From Polyangiales bacterium (GTDB taxonomy: Bacteria > Myxococcota_A > Polyangia > Polyangiales > Houyiibacteriaceae), in contig JBGCFM010000062.1 of NCBI GenBank assembly GCA_045106895.1, positions 32,001 to 96,000 on the forward strand: a stretch of DNA of 64,000 bases. Reading direction: 5' to 3'. The notes below the pieces were generated by a model. That model was not told where the DNA came from. It saw only the letters and a list, made by a program, of their open reading frames with translations, and did no database searches. Of this stretch, positions 45,262-55,180 are shown in pieces. The translations under genes and the position numbers were made by a program. Each line of letters begins with the position of its first letter. Positions within the stretch are counted from its first letter, which is position 1.

Positions 45262-47399
45262 AGGCGTCCACCGCGCTCGTCGCTCTCTTTCTTGCTGCGC
45301 CGCTTGTCGTGAGCGGATGCAAGGACGGAACGTCCGTCGTCGCCCTCGGCGCAACAACGGATATGGTTCCGGGCGTCGACTTCGACGAAATCCGCACCGA
45401 GGTCCTTGGCGACCTCAGCACGATCACCAGCCGAGCCGTAGGCGATGAAGACTGGCGGCGCGGCGTTCGTGTTGGGACCTGGGACCTAGAGGACGGCGAC
45501 CGACAGCTCGAGATCGTCGCGCTCCTCAACGGCGAAGACGTTCAGAGGCGGCGCCTCATCGTCCGCGTCAACGGACCCACCGCCGCTTCCGTGGTGCTAA
45601 CGCGCAACTGCCGTGGGGTGTCCTGCCCAGGAGCAGGCGACTCGGCGGCGGCGGCGGCATGTCTCGGCGGACGTTGCGTGCCAGAGACCTGCCTGACGGG
45701 CGCTGAACCCGAGTGCGGTGACCCCCTTTGCCAGCAAGCCAGCGATTGCCCAATCTTGACCGCCTCGTGCGCCATGCCCGAGTGTGAGTCTGGGGTCTGC
45801 CTTCCAATTTCTCCTGCGGACGCATGCATGGCGGGGATGGTCTGTTCGCCAGACGATGGCTGCGTCTCGCGCTCCAGCGGCCCGCGCCTTGACGCGTCCG
45901 TCGATGGTTCCCTCGACGCAACGGACGCCGGCACCGACTCCTGCTCGGGGCTTCTTGGGGTGGCCTGCACCGAAGTCATCGCCGAGTACATCAAAGCGAG
46001 CAACACCGGCGAGGGGGACGCCTTCGGATGGAGCGCCGCCCTCAGCGGTGACGGAAGCACGCTCGCCGTCGGCGCCCGGCTTGAGGACTCGACGAGCCCG
46101 GGCGTCGACGGGGACGCGACAAACGACGAGCAAACCGATAGCGGCGCGGTCTTCGTTTTCCGACGAAGCGGTGACAGCTGGGTGCAAGAGGCTTACCTCA
46201 AGGCAGCGGTTCCCGGTGAAGTCGACGTCTTTGGCGAATCTTTGGCGCTGAGCGAGGACGGCGGGACCTTGGTCGTCGCAGCGCGCCTTGAGGACAGCGA
46301 CGCCACCACCATCGATGGGGACGCCACGAGCGACGCAGCGCGAAACAGCGGCGCCGCGTACGTCTTCGCGCGAGACGAAGGCTGGTCTCAACAGGCGTAC
46401 CTCAAAGCGTCCAACGGTGAATCCGAAGACAGCTTCGGCAGTAGCGTCGCCATCAGCGGCGACGGGAGCACCATCGTCGTCGGCGCGAACGCGGAGGACA
46501 GCAATGGAGGCTCGGCGCCGACTGACAACAGCTCACAGAACAGTGGTGCGGCCTATGTGTTCGCACGGGAAGGCACCGCGTGGACTGAGCACAGCTACCT
46601 AAAGTCGCCGAACCCGGAGGCAGGCGATAGCTTCGGCACGAGCGTAGCCATCAGCGCCGACGGACAAACACTCGTCGTCGGCGCGCCAGATGAAGACAGC
46701 TCCGGGCGTGGTCCAGGGGCGCCGGACACGGACGAGCTCGCGCCTGAAAGCGGCGGCGTGTACACGTTTGTAATTCAGGCTGATGTGTGGCGCTTCGATA
46801 GCTTCCTCAAGGCTGCAAACGCAGACGGCGGCGACCACTTCGGCTACAGAGTTGCTGTAAGCGGTGACGGGAGCCTCGTGCTTGTCGGGGCATTCGACGA
46901 AGCGGGTGGTAGCCGAGGCGTGGACGAAGACGGAAGCACAAACGGGCGCGCGGCCAGTGGCGCGGCCTACCTCTTCGAGCGCGCGGACGCCTGGCGTCAA
47001 ACGGCGTACCTCAAAGCGTCGAATGCAGAGTCTGGCGATCGCTTCGGCAATCGCGTCGCACTGTCCGCAGATGGGAGCACTGTGGCGGTGGGGGCACTTG
47101 AGGACGGCGGTGGAATGGGAGCTACAGGAGACGGAAACTCGAACGCTCTCCAAGAAAGTGGGGCGGTTTACGTCTTCCGCCAGTCCGGCGCGCAATGGAC
47201 CGAGGCCGCCTATATCAAGGCGGCAGCGCCCGACCCGCAAGACCAGTTTGGAGGCGCGGTCTCCCTGTCAGCGAATGGCTCAAGGCTCTTGGTAGGCGCC
47301 CCACAAGAAGGGGGTGGCGCGACAGGCGTTGGGGGCTCCGTAGACAACCGAATCGCTGGCAGCGGTGCCGCGTATGTTTACGGTTTTGCGCCTCGGTGA
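45258..47399 (+). CDS. Integrin-alpha-like FG-GAP repeat lipoprotein with Cys-rich linker
   Basis: Lipobox VSGC at ATG 45258; seven YxKASN...FGxSVAxSxDG..L.VGA blades. Confidence 0.9.
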   Translation: MKASTALVALFLAAPLVVSGCKDGTSVVALGATTDMVPGVDFDEIRTEVLGDLSTITSRAVGDEDWRRGVRVGTWDLEDGDRQLEIVALLNGEDVQRRRLIVRVNGPTAASVVLTRNCRGVSCPGAGDSAAAAACLGGRCVPETCLTGAEPECGDPLCQQASDCPILTASCAMPECESGVCLPISPADACMAGMVCSPDDGCVSRSSGPRLDASVDGSLDATDAGTDSCSGLLGVACTEVIAEYIKASNTGEGDAFGWSAALSGDGSTLAVGARLEDSTSPGVDGDATNDEQTDSGAVFVFRRSGDSWVQEAYLKAAVPGEVDVFGESLALSEDGGTLVVAARLEDSDATTIDGDATSDAARNSGAAYVFARDEGWSQQAYLKASNGESEDSFGSSVAISGDGSTIVVGANAEDSNGGSAPTDNSSQNSGAAYVFAREGTAWTEHSYLKSPNPEAGDSFGTSVAISADGQTLVVGAPDEDSSGRGPGAPDTDELAPESGGVYTFVIQADVWRFDSFLKAANADGGDHFGYRVAVSGDGSLVLVGAFDEAGGSRGVDEDGSTNGRAASGAAYLFERADAWRQTAYLKASNAESGDRFGNRVALSADGSTVAVGALEDGGGMGATGDGNSNALQESGAVYVFRQSGAQWTEAAYIKAAAPDPQDQFGGAVSLSANGSRLLVGAPQEGGGATGVGGSVDNRIAGSGAAYVYGFAPR

Positions 47400-47438
47400 C
47401 CTCTTCCCTTTCTTGGGGACTTCTCTATCATCGTAGTC

Positions 47439-49055
47439 ATCGAGGACGAAGCAACGACGGGCCGCGACGAGTTCGCGCCAGCGAGGATCGACCTCAGCTT
47501 TCTTGAGCGAATCATCGACGCCATCGCTGACCCCGTGTTCGTCAAAGACGATTCACATCAGTGGCAGCTTCTGAACCAAGCGTTCTGTGACCTGATGGGA
47601 CGCGAGCGTCAGGAGCTCATCGGTCGGAGCGACCATGACTTCTTCCCCAAGGAAGAAGCGGACGTGTTCCATGCGAAAGACCAACTCGTCCTGCAGACCG
47701 GTGAGGCGAACGTCAACGAGGAGATCGTCACCGACGGTGACGGCGATTCTCGCATCATGGTGACGAAGAAGTCGGCGTTCGATGACGCCAGCGGCCGGCG
47801 CTTTCTGGTGGGGACCATCCGCGACGTCACCGAGGTCAAGCGAGCTCAGAACGAGCTCATGCAGACACGCCTCGAGCTGGAAGCTCTCCTCAAGAAACGA
47901 ACCGCCGAAGCAGCCGAAGCGCAAAAGCTCCTCTTGCACTGCCAGAAGATGGACACACTCGGAGAGCTGGCTGGCGGTATCGCCCACGACTTCAACAACT
48001 TGCTCGCGGTGATTTCGGCGAGCCTTGAACTCATCGTGCGGACAAAACAAAGCGGCAACGAGCCGGACAAAGTCGGCACCGCGGCGCTGAATGCGATCCA
48101 ACGCGGCACGGCCTTGACCCAACGTCTTCTGGAGTTCTCAAGGCAAGAGTCGCTCACGCCGCAGCCCATCGCGCTCTCGACCATTATCGAAGGCGTCGAG
48201 CTGCTCCTCTCGCGCACACTCAGCTCCAAGGTCATGCTCACCGCAGCCGTCGAAGACCCTTCCCTCATCGTGTCCGTGGACCACGCGCAGATGGAAGCGG
48301 CGATCCTCAATCTCTGCGTGAATGCGCGAAACGCGATGCCTGAAGGCGGCGAGATTCGTCTCAGGGTCCACAGAGCAGAGCTAGACGACGTCTCCGCGAG
48401 CCCCCTCGCCCTCGCCGCAGGAGCCTATGCCCTCGTCGACGTCTCCGACGCGGGAGTTGGAATGACCCCGGAGGTCGCGGCTCGAGCGTTCGAGCCCTTC
48501 TACACGACACGTCCAGATGGCAAAGGCACGGGGCTGGGTCTCAGCATGGTGAATGCCTTCGCGGTTCAAGCGCAGGGGGCCGTCAACATCACGAGTGTTG
48601 TGGGCAAGGGCACCACCGTCACTCTTTACCTGCCGTTGAGCGCGAGCCAACGCAGTCCAGCGGTGGAACGCCAGACCCCCAAAAGCGCGAACCGTAACCT
48701 GACGCTCCTTGTGGTGGACGACGACAGCCACCTCCAGTCGGTCCTCACACGTTCGCTCCAGGTTCTCGGCTACCAGGCGATGGGGGCGTCCGGCATCGAA
48801 GCCGCCCGACAGGCCGTAGTAGAGCTTCCCCGCCTGGACGTCTTGGTCGTCGACACGCTTGTCCGAGAGTCGAGGGATCCGCTCATCGCCGCGCTCACGA
48901 GCGCTCACCCCGCGGCGAAGATTATCTTCATGAGTAGTTTCGCCGAGGGCGATACGTCGATGGCATCAAAGCACGGCGCACCGGTTCTGCAGAAACCGTT
49001 TCCACTCGCCCGTTTGGACGAGGCGATTCAGGAGTTGTGCGCGCTTCCTTCGTGA
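47439..49055 (+). CDS. PAS-containing hybrid histidine kinase (start uncertain; first canonical start GTG 47535)
   Basis: PAS/PAC, AGGIAHDFNNLL H-box, NLCVNA, GKGTGLGLS, receiver LLVVDDD...D...KPF; frame open back to 47400. Confidence 0.85.
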   Translation: MEDEATTGRDEFAPARIDLSFLERIIDAIADPVFVKDDSHQWQLLNQAFCDLMGRERQELIGRSDHDFFPKEEADVFHAKDQLVLQTGEANVNEEIVTDGDGDSRIMVTKKSAFDDASGRRFLVGTIRDVTEVKRAQNELMQTRLELEALLKKRTAEAAEAQKLLLHCQKMDTLGELAGGIAHDFNNLLAVISASLELIVRTKQSGNEPDKVGTAALNAIQRGTALTQRLLEFSRQESLTPQPIALSTIIEGVELLLSRTLSSKVMLTAAVEDPSLIVSVDHAQMEAAILNLCVNARNAMPEGGEIRLRVHRAELDDVSASPLALAAGAYALVDVSDAGVGMTPEVAARAFEPFYTTRPDGKGTGLGLSMVNAFAVQAQGAVNITSVVGKGTTVTLYLPLSASQRSPAVERQTPKSANRNLTLLVVDDDSHLQSVLTRSLQVLGYQAMGASGIEAARQAVVELPRLDVLVVDTLVRESRDPLIAALTSAHPAAKIIFMSSFAEGDTSMASKHGAPVLQKPFPLARLDEAIQELCALPS

Positions 49056-50413
49056 CTTCCGCTGAAGAGGTCATTCCCTCGAAGGTCGCTGTGATCGAGG
49101 CCCAAGCATCTCAACGCCGTGGGCGCGATGTCGTAGAGCGATGCTCCTTCGATCTTGCCCCCGGGCTCCAGTCCTGGTCCCGCGCCGATAAAGATGCCGT
49201 TCCAGTCGTGATTGCAACCGTCCGGTCCCGTGTCGTTGGTGGCGACGACGACGTCGGCGTGACCGACGGTGCCCAGCGCGCGATACGCGAGATCCCCGAG
49301 GTAGACCATGAGGTCCGGGGGCTCCCCGTGGGTCTCGGCATAGGCCTCGCGTGGTCGCACCGCGCGCACGTCGATGCCACGTGGTTTGAGCGCTGCCTCC
49401 AGGGCGGTGGCGAGCTCGTCTTCCGCCGCGCGTTGCTTGGATGACGGGATGACACCGCTCGGCTCGCGCCCCTCGACGTTGAGAAAAAGCCGCGCGTAGT
49501 AGCCGCCCTCCGCCCAAGCACGCGTCTTGCTCCAGTCGACACAGCTCCGTAGCGGCTCGACTCCATCGGGTTCGCGCAAGAGCGTCAGCCAACCGAGCTC
49601 GCGAAGCAGGTCGTTGAGGGCGACGCCCGCCACCATGGAGCGCGCCCCGTGGTCGCTCACCACCATCACGCAAGCGTCGCCGGCGACACTCAACATCTCG
49701 CCCACGGAAGCGTCGAGGGCACTGTAGTAGGCGCGCGCTTTGGCTTCCCACGGATTCCCCGGAACATAGCGCGCGCTCGACGGGTCCATGTGATGCCAGG
49801 CGGCATGATGGAGACGGTCCGGTCCCATCTCCACCATCATCATGAAGTCGGGCTTCTCTTCGACCCAGACCGCTTTAGCCATGGAAAAGTGCTGTGTTCG
49901 CATCCCGTCGAGCTCATCGAAGATGCGAGCGAGCTCATCCGAGCGAAAGTCGCTCACGTCGCTCTGATAAGGTCCAAAGCGCTCCTCGAAGGACTTTGCT
50001 TTGTTCGGAGGAAAGAACGTTTTGCTTCCATCGCTCAGGAAGCAGCTCACCATGGTGCCTCGAATCGGCGTAACCGGAGCGGTGAGCGGGACGAAAAGCG
50101 AAGCAGCCCGCAAACCTGCGTCGCTCGCTCTCTCCCAGAGGCGTTTTGGGCGAACATCCTTGGAGCTGGCGACGCGAAGGTCATAGCTTCGGTCGCGGCG
50201 GCGATTTCGAAACCCGTACAGGCCTAGCTCCCCTGGATCGCGCCCACTCGTCATGCAGGCCCAGGCCGGCACTGTGATGGGCGGCTCCGAAGAACGTAGC
50301 GGGCCCCACGTCCCTCGCTCGCGAAGGGCGCTGAGGTGCGGCAGGGAGCCCGCGTAGCGTTCGAAGACAAGCGCCGGAGGGGCACAATCAAGACCTAAGA
50401 TCATCACCCGCAC
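49028..50413 (-). CDS. Alkaline phosphatase family protein (type I phosphodiesterase/COG3379-like)
   Basis: ILGLDCA, PPITVPAW..MTSG.DPG.LG.YGF, DRLHH, SDHG, DGCNH. Confidence 0.9.
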   Translation of the reverse strand: MRVMILGLDCAPPALVFERYAGSLPHLSALRERGTWGPLRSSEPPITVPAWACMTSGRDPGELGLYGFRNRRRDRSYDLRVASSKDVRPKRLWERASDAGLRAASLFVPLTAPVTPIRGTMVSCFLSDGSKTFFPPNKAKSFEERFGPYQSDVSDFRSDELARIFDELDGMRTQHFSMAKAVWVEEKPDFMMMVEMGPDRLHHAAWHHMDPSSARYVPGNPWEAKARAYYSALDASVGEMLSVAGDACVMVVSDHGARSMVAGVALNDLLRELGWLTLLREPDGVEPLRSCVDWSKTRAWAEGGYYARLFLNVEGREPSGVIPSSKQRAAEDELATALEAALKPRGIDVRAVRPREAYAETHGEPPDLMVYLGDLAYRALGTVGHADVVVATNDTGPDGCNHDWNGIFIGAGPGLEPGGKIEGASLYDIAPTALRCLGLDHSDLRGNDLFSGSHEGSAHNS

Positions 50414-50488
50414 GGCCGTAACCTGGTGCAGGCGAAGCCTGCCATCAAGGGCTGGTTTTGCGACGGAAAACCCACTACACATCGCACT

Positions 50489-52963
50489 GTGGACGAGCCT
50501 TTGGACCAACTGCTGAAAGAAGCAAAAGCGCTATTGCGTGACCAGCGAACGGAGGCGGCTCTGAGCGTCTTGGCGCGGCTTCTCGAGAAGGACCCAAACC
50601 ACCTCGAAGGGCTTGGCCAGAAAGGTGAAGCCCTGCGTCGTCTCGGCCGACACGCCGAAGCGCTCGCCGTGCTGGACAAGGCCATTTCTCGTGACCCGAA
50701 ATACGCGTATGCGCTGGCATCACGCGGGGATGCCCACGCACGCCTCGGCGATCGAGCCCTGGCCATCGCCGACCTGAGCGCCGCCATCGACGTCGACCCG
50801 CAATATGGATGGGCGCTCTTTCGACGCGGAGAGGTGTTCCTTGATGAAGCTCGCTACGACGACGCCATCGCCGACCTGAGTCGCGCCGAGGAACTCGACA
50901 GCCAGCGAGGCCCAGTGCTCGCCACGCGCGGGGAGGCCAAACGCCTGAAGGGCGACCTCGACGGCGCCCTCTTCGACTTTGACGCATCCATCGAACACGA
51001 ACCCGAGGTCGCGTGGGTGCTTGCGAGCCGCGCGAAGACGAAGGCGATGCTGAACGACCGGGAAGGCGCCCTCCCCGACTTTGACAAAGCCCTCAAGCTC
51101 AAGCCCGACTACCCGTGGGCACTCGCTCAACGCGGAGAGGTCCTGCGACTCCTCGGCGAACACGAGAAGGCTGTGCAAGACCTCAGCCGCGCCTTGGCAC
51201 TCGACCCGAGGAACTCATGGGCGTGGGCGAGTCGCGGCGCCTCGTACCGAGCGCTCAAGAAACGAATGGAAGCGTGGTCCGATCTCTCCCAGGCGATTCA
51301 GCTCGACGGTCGATATGCGTGGGCCTTGGCCAATCGCGGGATGGTGCTCTTCGATCTTCGCCGGTACGACGCGGCTCTCAAAGACCTCGACCGCTCCGTG
51401 GCCCTCGACCCGACGAACAGCTTCGCCATCGGTCGCCGCGCGGAAACCTACGTAGAGCTCCGTCGGCACCAGCAAGCCGTCGCCGAGTTCGAGCGGCTGC
51501 TGGAGCGTGACCCCACCGACACCTGGGCCATCGCCCATCGCGCCGACACATTGCGACTGATGGAGCGCTACGAAGAGGCCGTCGCTGGCTTCGACCGCGC
51601 CCTCGAGATGAAGCCACGTTACGCCTGGGGACTCGCCTCGCGTGCGGAGACCTACCACATGCTCGGACGCGACGATCAGTCCATCGAGGACTTCGACAAA
51701 GCGATCGAGATTCAGCCCGACTACCCTTGGGCCCGCGAAGGACGCGCTCGTTGCCTCGCCAAACGCGGGCGCAACGTAGAGGCGATGCAGGACCTCAACT
51801 GGCTCCTCGAACGACGCCCAAAGTCCGCGCGACTCCTGCGAACACGCGCTGACGTGCGCGTCTCGCTGGGCGACCTGGAACGCGCCCTCGACGACTACGA
51901 CAAGGCGCTCTGGCACGACGCGGACTCGAAGGAGACAATCGCCGGGCGCGCCGGCGTGCTTCGTCTGCTTGGACGTTTTGACGAGGCCCTCATCGCGTTG
52001 AATCGCGCCATCGAAGCAGCCCCTGCGTCTGCCATCATGCTCACTCGTCGCGGCGATTGCCTGCGCGCGTTGGAGCGAAGCGACGAAGCCCTCGAGGACT
52101 ACACGCGTGCACTCGCCCTCGACCCGAGTGAAGTAGGCGCGTTGCTCGGCCGAGCGGCGCTCTGCCAGGCGAAGCAGGACTTCGAGCAAGCGCTCACGGA
52201 CTACGACATGGTTCTCGAAAACGACCCAACGCTGCGAGAAGCGCTGGTGGGTCGCGCCGATGTCTTGGTGCACTTGGGTCGCAACGAGGAAGCCATCGAC
52301 GTCCTCGACGCGGCGATTCGACGCGAACCCGACGACGCGTGGCTTCTCGCAAGACGCGGGGAAGCCTTTCGGGCATCTGGCCAACCCATGGACGCCCTCG
52401 CCGACCTGCACAAGGCGGACGAAGCCGAGCCGAGCGACGAGTGGACGTTACGTTCGCGCGCACGCGTCTACGAGGACACCGAGCGCTTTGACCAAGCCGC
52501 ACGAGACTACGAATCGCTCATCCGCGTGTGCCCCGGTGACCCAGAATACGTCTACCGACACATTCTTGCGTTGGCCCGCTCCGGCGCCGTAAAGGCAGCT
52601 TCGGGCGCGGCCGACGACGCCGTCGCCGCAGACCCGGACCGCGCCGTCATGCACCACGCACGCGCCATTGTGCACCACCTTGCCGATGACGACTCCGAGG
52701 CCAAGCGCTCGCTCCGCCTCGCCGCGGAGCGCGCCCGCGAAGCCATCGCGGAACACGCCAGCGACGTCCTTCGCTCTTTGGAGCTTCTTCTCTACTTGGT
52801 TGCGTTGGACGAAGTCGACGAAGTCGCCAGCCTCTCGACGGCGATGCTCCGGCGGGCGAGCGAAGCGCAGCGCGAGTCTCTGATGGAGCGCCTGGAGGAG
52901 CAAAGCCGGCTCCTCGGCGAGACCGCGTCATATGGCGTCGTCCGCGAGCGACTTCGCCCGTGA
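50489..52963 (+). CDS. Long tetratricopeptide-repeat protein
   Basis: Roughly 20 34-aa repeats of the type A..DF.RA..L.P...WALA.RG. Confidence 0.92.
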   Translation: MDEPLDQLLKEAKALLRDQRTEAALSVLARLLEKDPNHLEGLGQKGEALRRLGRHAEALAVLDKAISRDPKYAYALASRGDAHARLGDRALAIADLSAAIDVDPQYGWALFRRGEVFLDEARYDDAIADLSRAEELDSQRGPVLATRGEAKRLKGDLDGALFDFDASIEHEPEVAWVLASRAKTKAMLNDREGALPDFDKALKLKPDYPWALAQRGEVLRLLGEHEKAVQDLSRALALDPRNSWAWASRGASYRALKKRMEAWSDLSQAIQLDGRYAWALANRGMVLFDLRRYDAALKDLDRSVALDPTNSFAIGRRAETYVELRRHQQAVAEFERLLERDPTDTWAIAHRADTLRLMERYEEAVAGFDRALEMKPRYAWGLASRAETYHMLGRDDQSIEDFDKAIEIQPDYPWAREGRARCLAKRGRNVEAMQDLNWLLERRPKSARLLRTRADVRVSLGDLERALDDYDKALWHDADSKETIAGRAGVLRLLGRFDEALIALNRAIEAAPASAIMLTRRGDCLRALERSDEALEDYTRALALDPSEVGALLGRAALCQAKQDFEQALTDYDMVLENDPTLREALVGRADVLVHLGRNEEAIDVLDAAIRREPDDAWLLARRGEAFRASGQPMDALADLHKADEAEPSDEWTLRSRARVYEDTERFDQAARDYESLIRVCPGDPEYVYRHILALARSGAVKAASGAADDAVAADPDRAVMHHARAIVHHLADDDSEAKRSLRLAAERAREAIAEHASDVLRSLELLLYLVALDEVDEVASLSTAMLRRASEAQRESLMERLEEQSRLLGETASYGVVRERLRP

Positions 52964-54108
52964 GCCATCAGTCTGGCCCCACGCTAACGATACCTGCGGG
53001 CGAGCAGAAGCGTCAGAAGGTCGGCCTCGGTCTCCTGATCGTCGGTTGCGTCTTCGGCACGGCGTTGGGCGCGCTCTTCATGGCACCGGCGCTCATAGAC
53101 GGTGCCTGCGGCGCCATGTGCCTCGGAATGGTGCTCGCCTTTCCCGCCGCAGCCATGTACCTGACGGTGCCGCGGCTTCTCGATCGCTACGATCCAGAAC
53201 CCTGGTACGCCCTCTTCGGATGCCTCGTCTGGGGCGGCACGGCGGCGGCAGGTTTCTCCATCGCGATCAACAGCACCGTCGGCGCCGTCGCTCTGAGCGT
53301 CAGCGGCGATGAGCAGTTCGCAGACATCGTTGGCGCGGTCGTCTCTGCGCCTATCACCGAAGAGTTCTTTAAGGCCGTCGGCATATTCGGGGTGTTCTAT
53401 TTTCTGCGCCGCGAGTTCGACGGCATCGTCGATGGGATCATCTACGCGACGTTCATCGCACTTGGCTTCGCCGCTGTGGAGAACATCCTCTACTACGGCC
53501 GCGCCGCCCAAGCGGGCGAGCTCACCGGCGTGTTTATCGCGCGAGGCATTCTCTTTCCGTGGGGACACCCCGTCTACACTTCGATGACGGGCATTGGCTT
53601 CGGCTTAGCGCGCGAATCTGAGAAGGCCTGGGTTCGAAGACTCGCGCCGTTCCTCGGCTTCGGTGGCGCCATCATGCTTCATGCGATGTGGAACGCTTCC
53701 GCCTCCTTCGCTGAGGCCTCCGGAGGCATCTACTTCGTATGCTCCCTCGGCATCTGGTTCCTCTTCGTCGTCTGCTTCATCATCCTCATCATCGTGTTGG
53801 TGCGGCGCCGGGGCCGCGTGATTCGACAGTTCCTCACCGACGAGGTCGCCCTCGGCAACCTCTCGTGGGCCGAAGTGGAGCTCGTTTGCGATGCCTTTGG
53901 GGTCTTCAAGGCACGCATGAGACATGGTCGTCTCGGCATGGACTTCGTGCGAGCGGCGGCGAGGCTCGCCCTTTCGAAGTGGCATGCTACGCGTGCTCAC
54001 CGTGAACAGAAGTACACCGTGAGCATGGACTTTATTGTACCCCTCCGGCAGCGACTCAAAGTGCTGCGTGACGAGTTTACTTTGAGACAACAACAAGGCC
54101 GACGATGA
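52960..54108 (+). CDS. prsW: PrsW family glutamic-type intramembrane protease
   Basis: DRYDPEP, APITEEFFK, LGFAAVEN, GHP, LHAMWN. Confidence 0.88.
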   Translation: MSHQSGPTLTIPAGEQKRQKVGLGLLIVGCVFGTALGALFMAPALIDGACGAMCLGMVLAFPAAAMYLTVPRLLDRYDPEPWYALFGCLVWGGTAAAGFSIAINSTVGAVALSVSGDEQFADIVGAVVSAPITEEFFKAVGIFGVFYFLRREFDGIVDGIIYATFIALGFAAVENILYYGRAAQAGELTGVFIARGILFPWGHPVYTSMTGIGFGLARESEKAWVRRLAPFLGFGGAIMLHAMWNASASFAEASGGIYFVCSLGIWFLFVVCFIILIIVLVRRRGRVIRQFLTDEVALGNLSWAEVELVCDAFGVFKARMRHGRLGMDFVRAAARLALSKWHATRAHREQKYTVSMDFIVPLRQRLKVLRDEFTLRQQQGRR

Positions 54109-55172
54109 ATCTCTTCGCCACATGCCTCCCCGGACTCGAAGACGTGCTTTCCGCGGAGCTACAAGAAAAACGCATCGGCTCGAATCACTCCACCATTCCT
54201 GGGGGCGTCGAGTTTGAAGGCGAGCTCCTCGACATGGGCCGCGCGAATCGTGAGCTCGGGGTCGCGCAGAATATCCGCGTTCGCATCGCATCCTTCGGGG
54301 CCACAAAGCTGCCCCAACTGACCAACAAAGCGAAGACGGTTCCCTTCGAGGAGTGGCTTGTTCGCGATCAACCACTGCGGGTTCGTGTCACGAGTCGCAA
54401 GTCACGCCTCTACCATACAGGCGCCGTCAAAGAGCGCATCTTGCGCGGCGTCCATGAACGCCTCGGTGGCGAAACCGAGGAAGGCGACGGGCAGCAGGTC
54501 CTCGTCCGCGTCAGCGACAACCAGGTCACTATTTCCTTCGACACGAGCGGCCCGCCGCTTCATCGCCGCGGCTATCGCCTGGCCTCCGGAAAGGCGCCAC
54601 TTCGCGAAGACCTCGCTTGCGCGCTTTTGCGTGTCAGTGGATGGGACCGCCACTCCCAGCTCGTTGACCCGATGATGGGCTCCGGAACCATCGCCATCGA
54701 AGCCGCAATGCTCGCCGCCGGCGTAGCCCCGGGCGGCAATCGCCGGTTCGCTTTTGAAGTCGCGCCTATCTGTAGCTCCCTTGAGCTTCCCGCTCTTGTC
54801 GCGGAAGGAAGCGCGCCTATCTTCGCAAGCGACCGCGATGCCGGCGCGCTCGAGTCCGCGAGCTCAAACGCAGAGAGAGCCGGCGTCCGAGAGATGCTCA
54901 CGCTCAACGAAGCGCCCCTCTCCGCCGCGCCCGGTCTGGACGCAGACGCCGGCTGGATTGTGACGAACCCGCCTTACGGGAAACGTATGGGGAAGAAGCT
55001 CCAGCCACTCTTCCAGCGCCTCGGGACCGTCCTACGTGAACGAAGTGACTGGAAGTTTGCGTGCGTCTTTCCCGACGGTGACCTGCCACGACGCATGGGC
55101 GTCAACTTGAAGAGCGCCTTGATGAGCGACCACGGCGGGACGAAGGTTCGGTTCTTCCGTCGCGTCGACTAG
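54105..55172 (+). CDS. THUMP-domain class I SAM RNA methyltransferase (RlmL-like)
   Basis: FATCLPGLE, DTSG.PLHRRGYR, APLRE, DPMMGSGTI, NPPYG. Confidence 0.9.
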   Translation: MNLFATCLPGLEDVLSAELQEKRIGSNHSTIPGGVEFEGELLDMGRANRELGVAQNIRVRIASFGATKLPQLTNKAKTVPFEEWLVRDQPLRVRVTSRKSRLYHTGAVKERILRGVHERLGGETEEGDGQQVLVRVSDNQVTISFDTSGPPLHRRGYRLASGKAPLREDLACALLRVSGWDRHSQLVDPMMGSGTIAIEAAMLAAGVAPGGNRRFAFEVAPICSSLELPALVAEGSAPIFASDRDAGALESASSNAERAGVREMLTLNEAPLSAAPGLDADAGWIVTNPPYGKRMGKKLQPLFQRLGTVLRERSDWKFACVFPDGDLPRRMGVNLKSALMSDHGGTKVRFFRRVD

Positions 55173-55180
55173 TCGGCGAA

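Noticed and set aside
47396..47506. prfB-like +1 frameshift (CTT TCT TGA) feeding the hybrid kinase from a GTGA overlap start
   Set aside because: The P-site codon would be UCU with poor re-pairing, and the kinase frame already encodes the PAS helix upstream.
51215..52411. Long antisense ORFs (also 3578..4540, 10254..11153, 14830..15975, 38764..39957, 43506..44762)
   Set aside because: Shadow ORFs expected opposite GC-rich genes; they carry no motifs and lie opposite well-supported CDSs.
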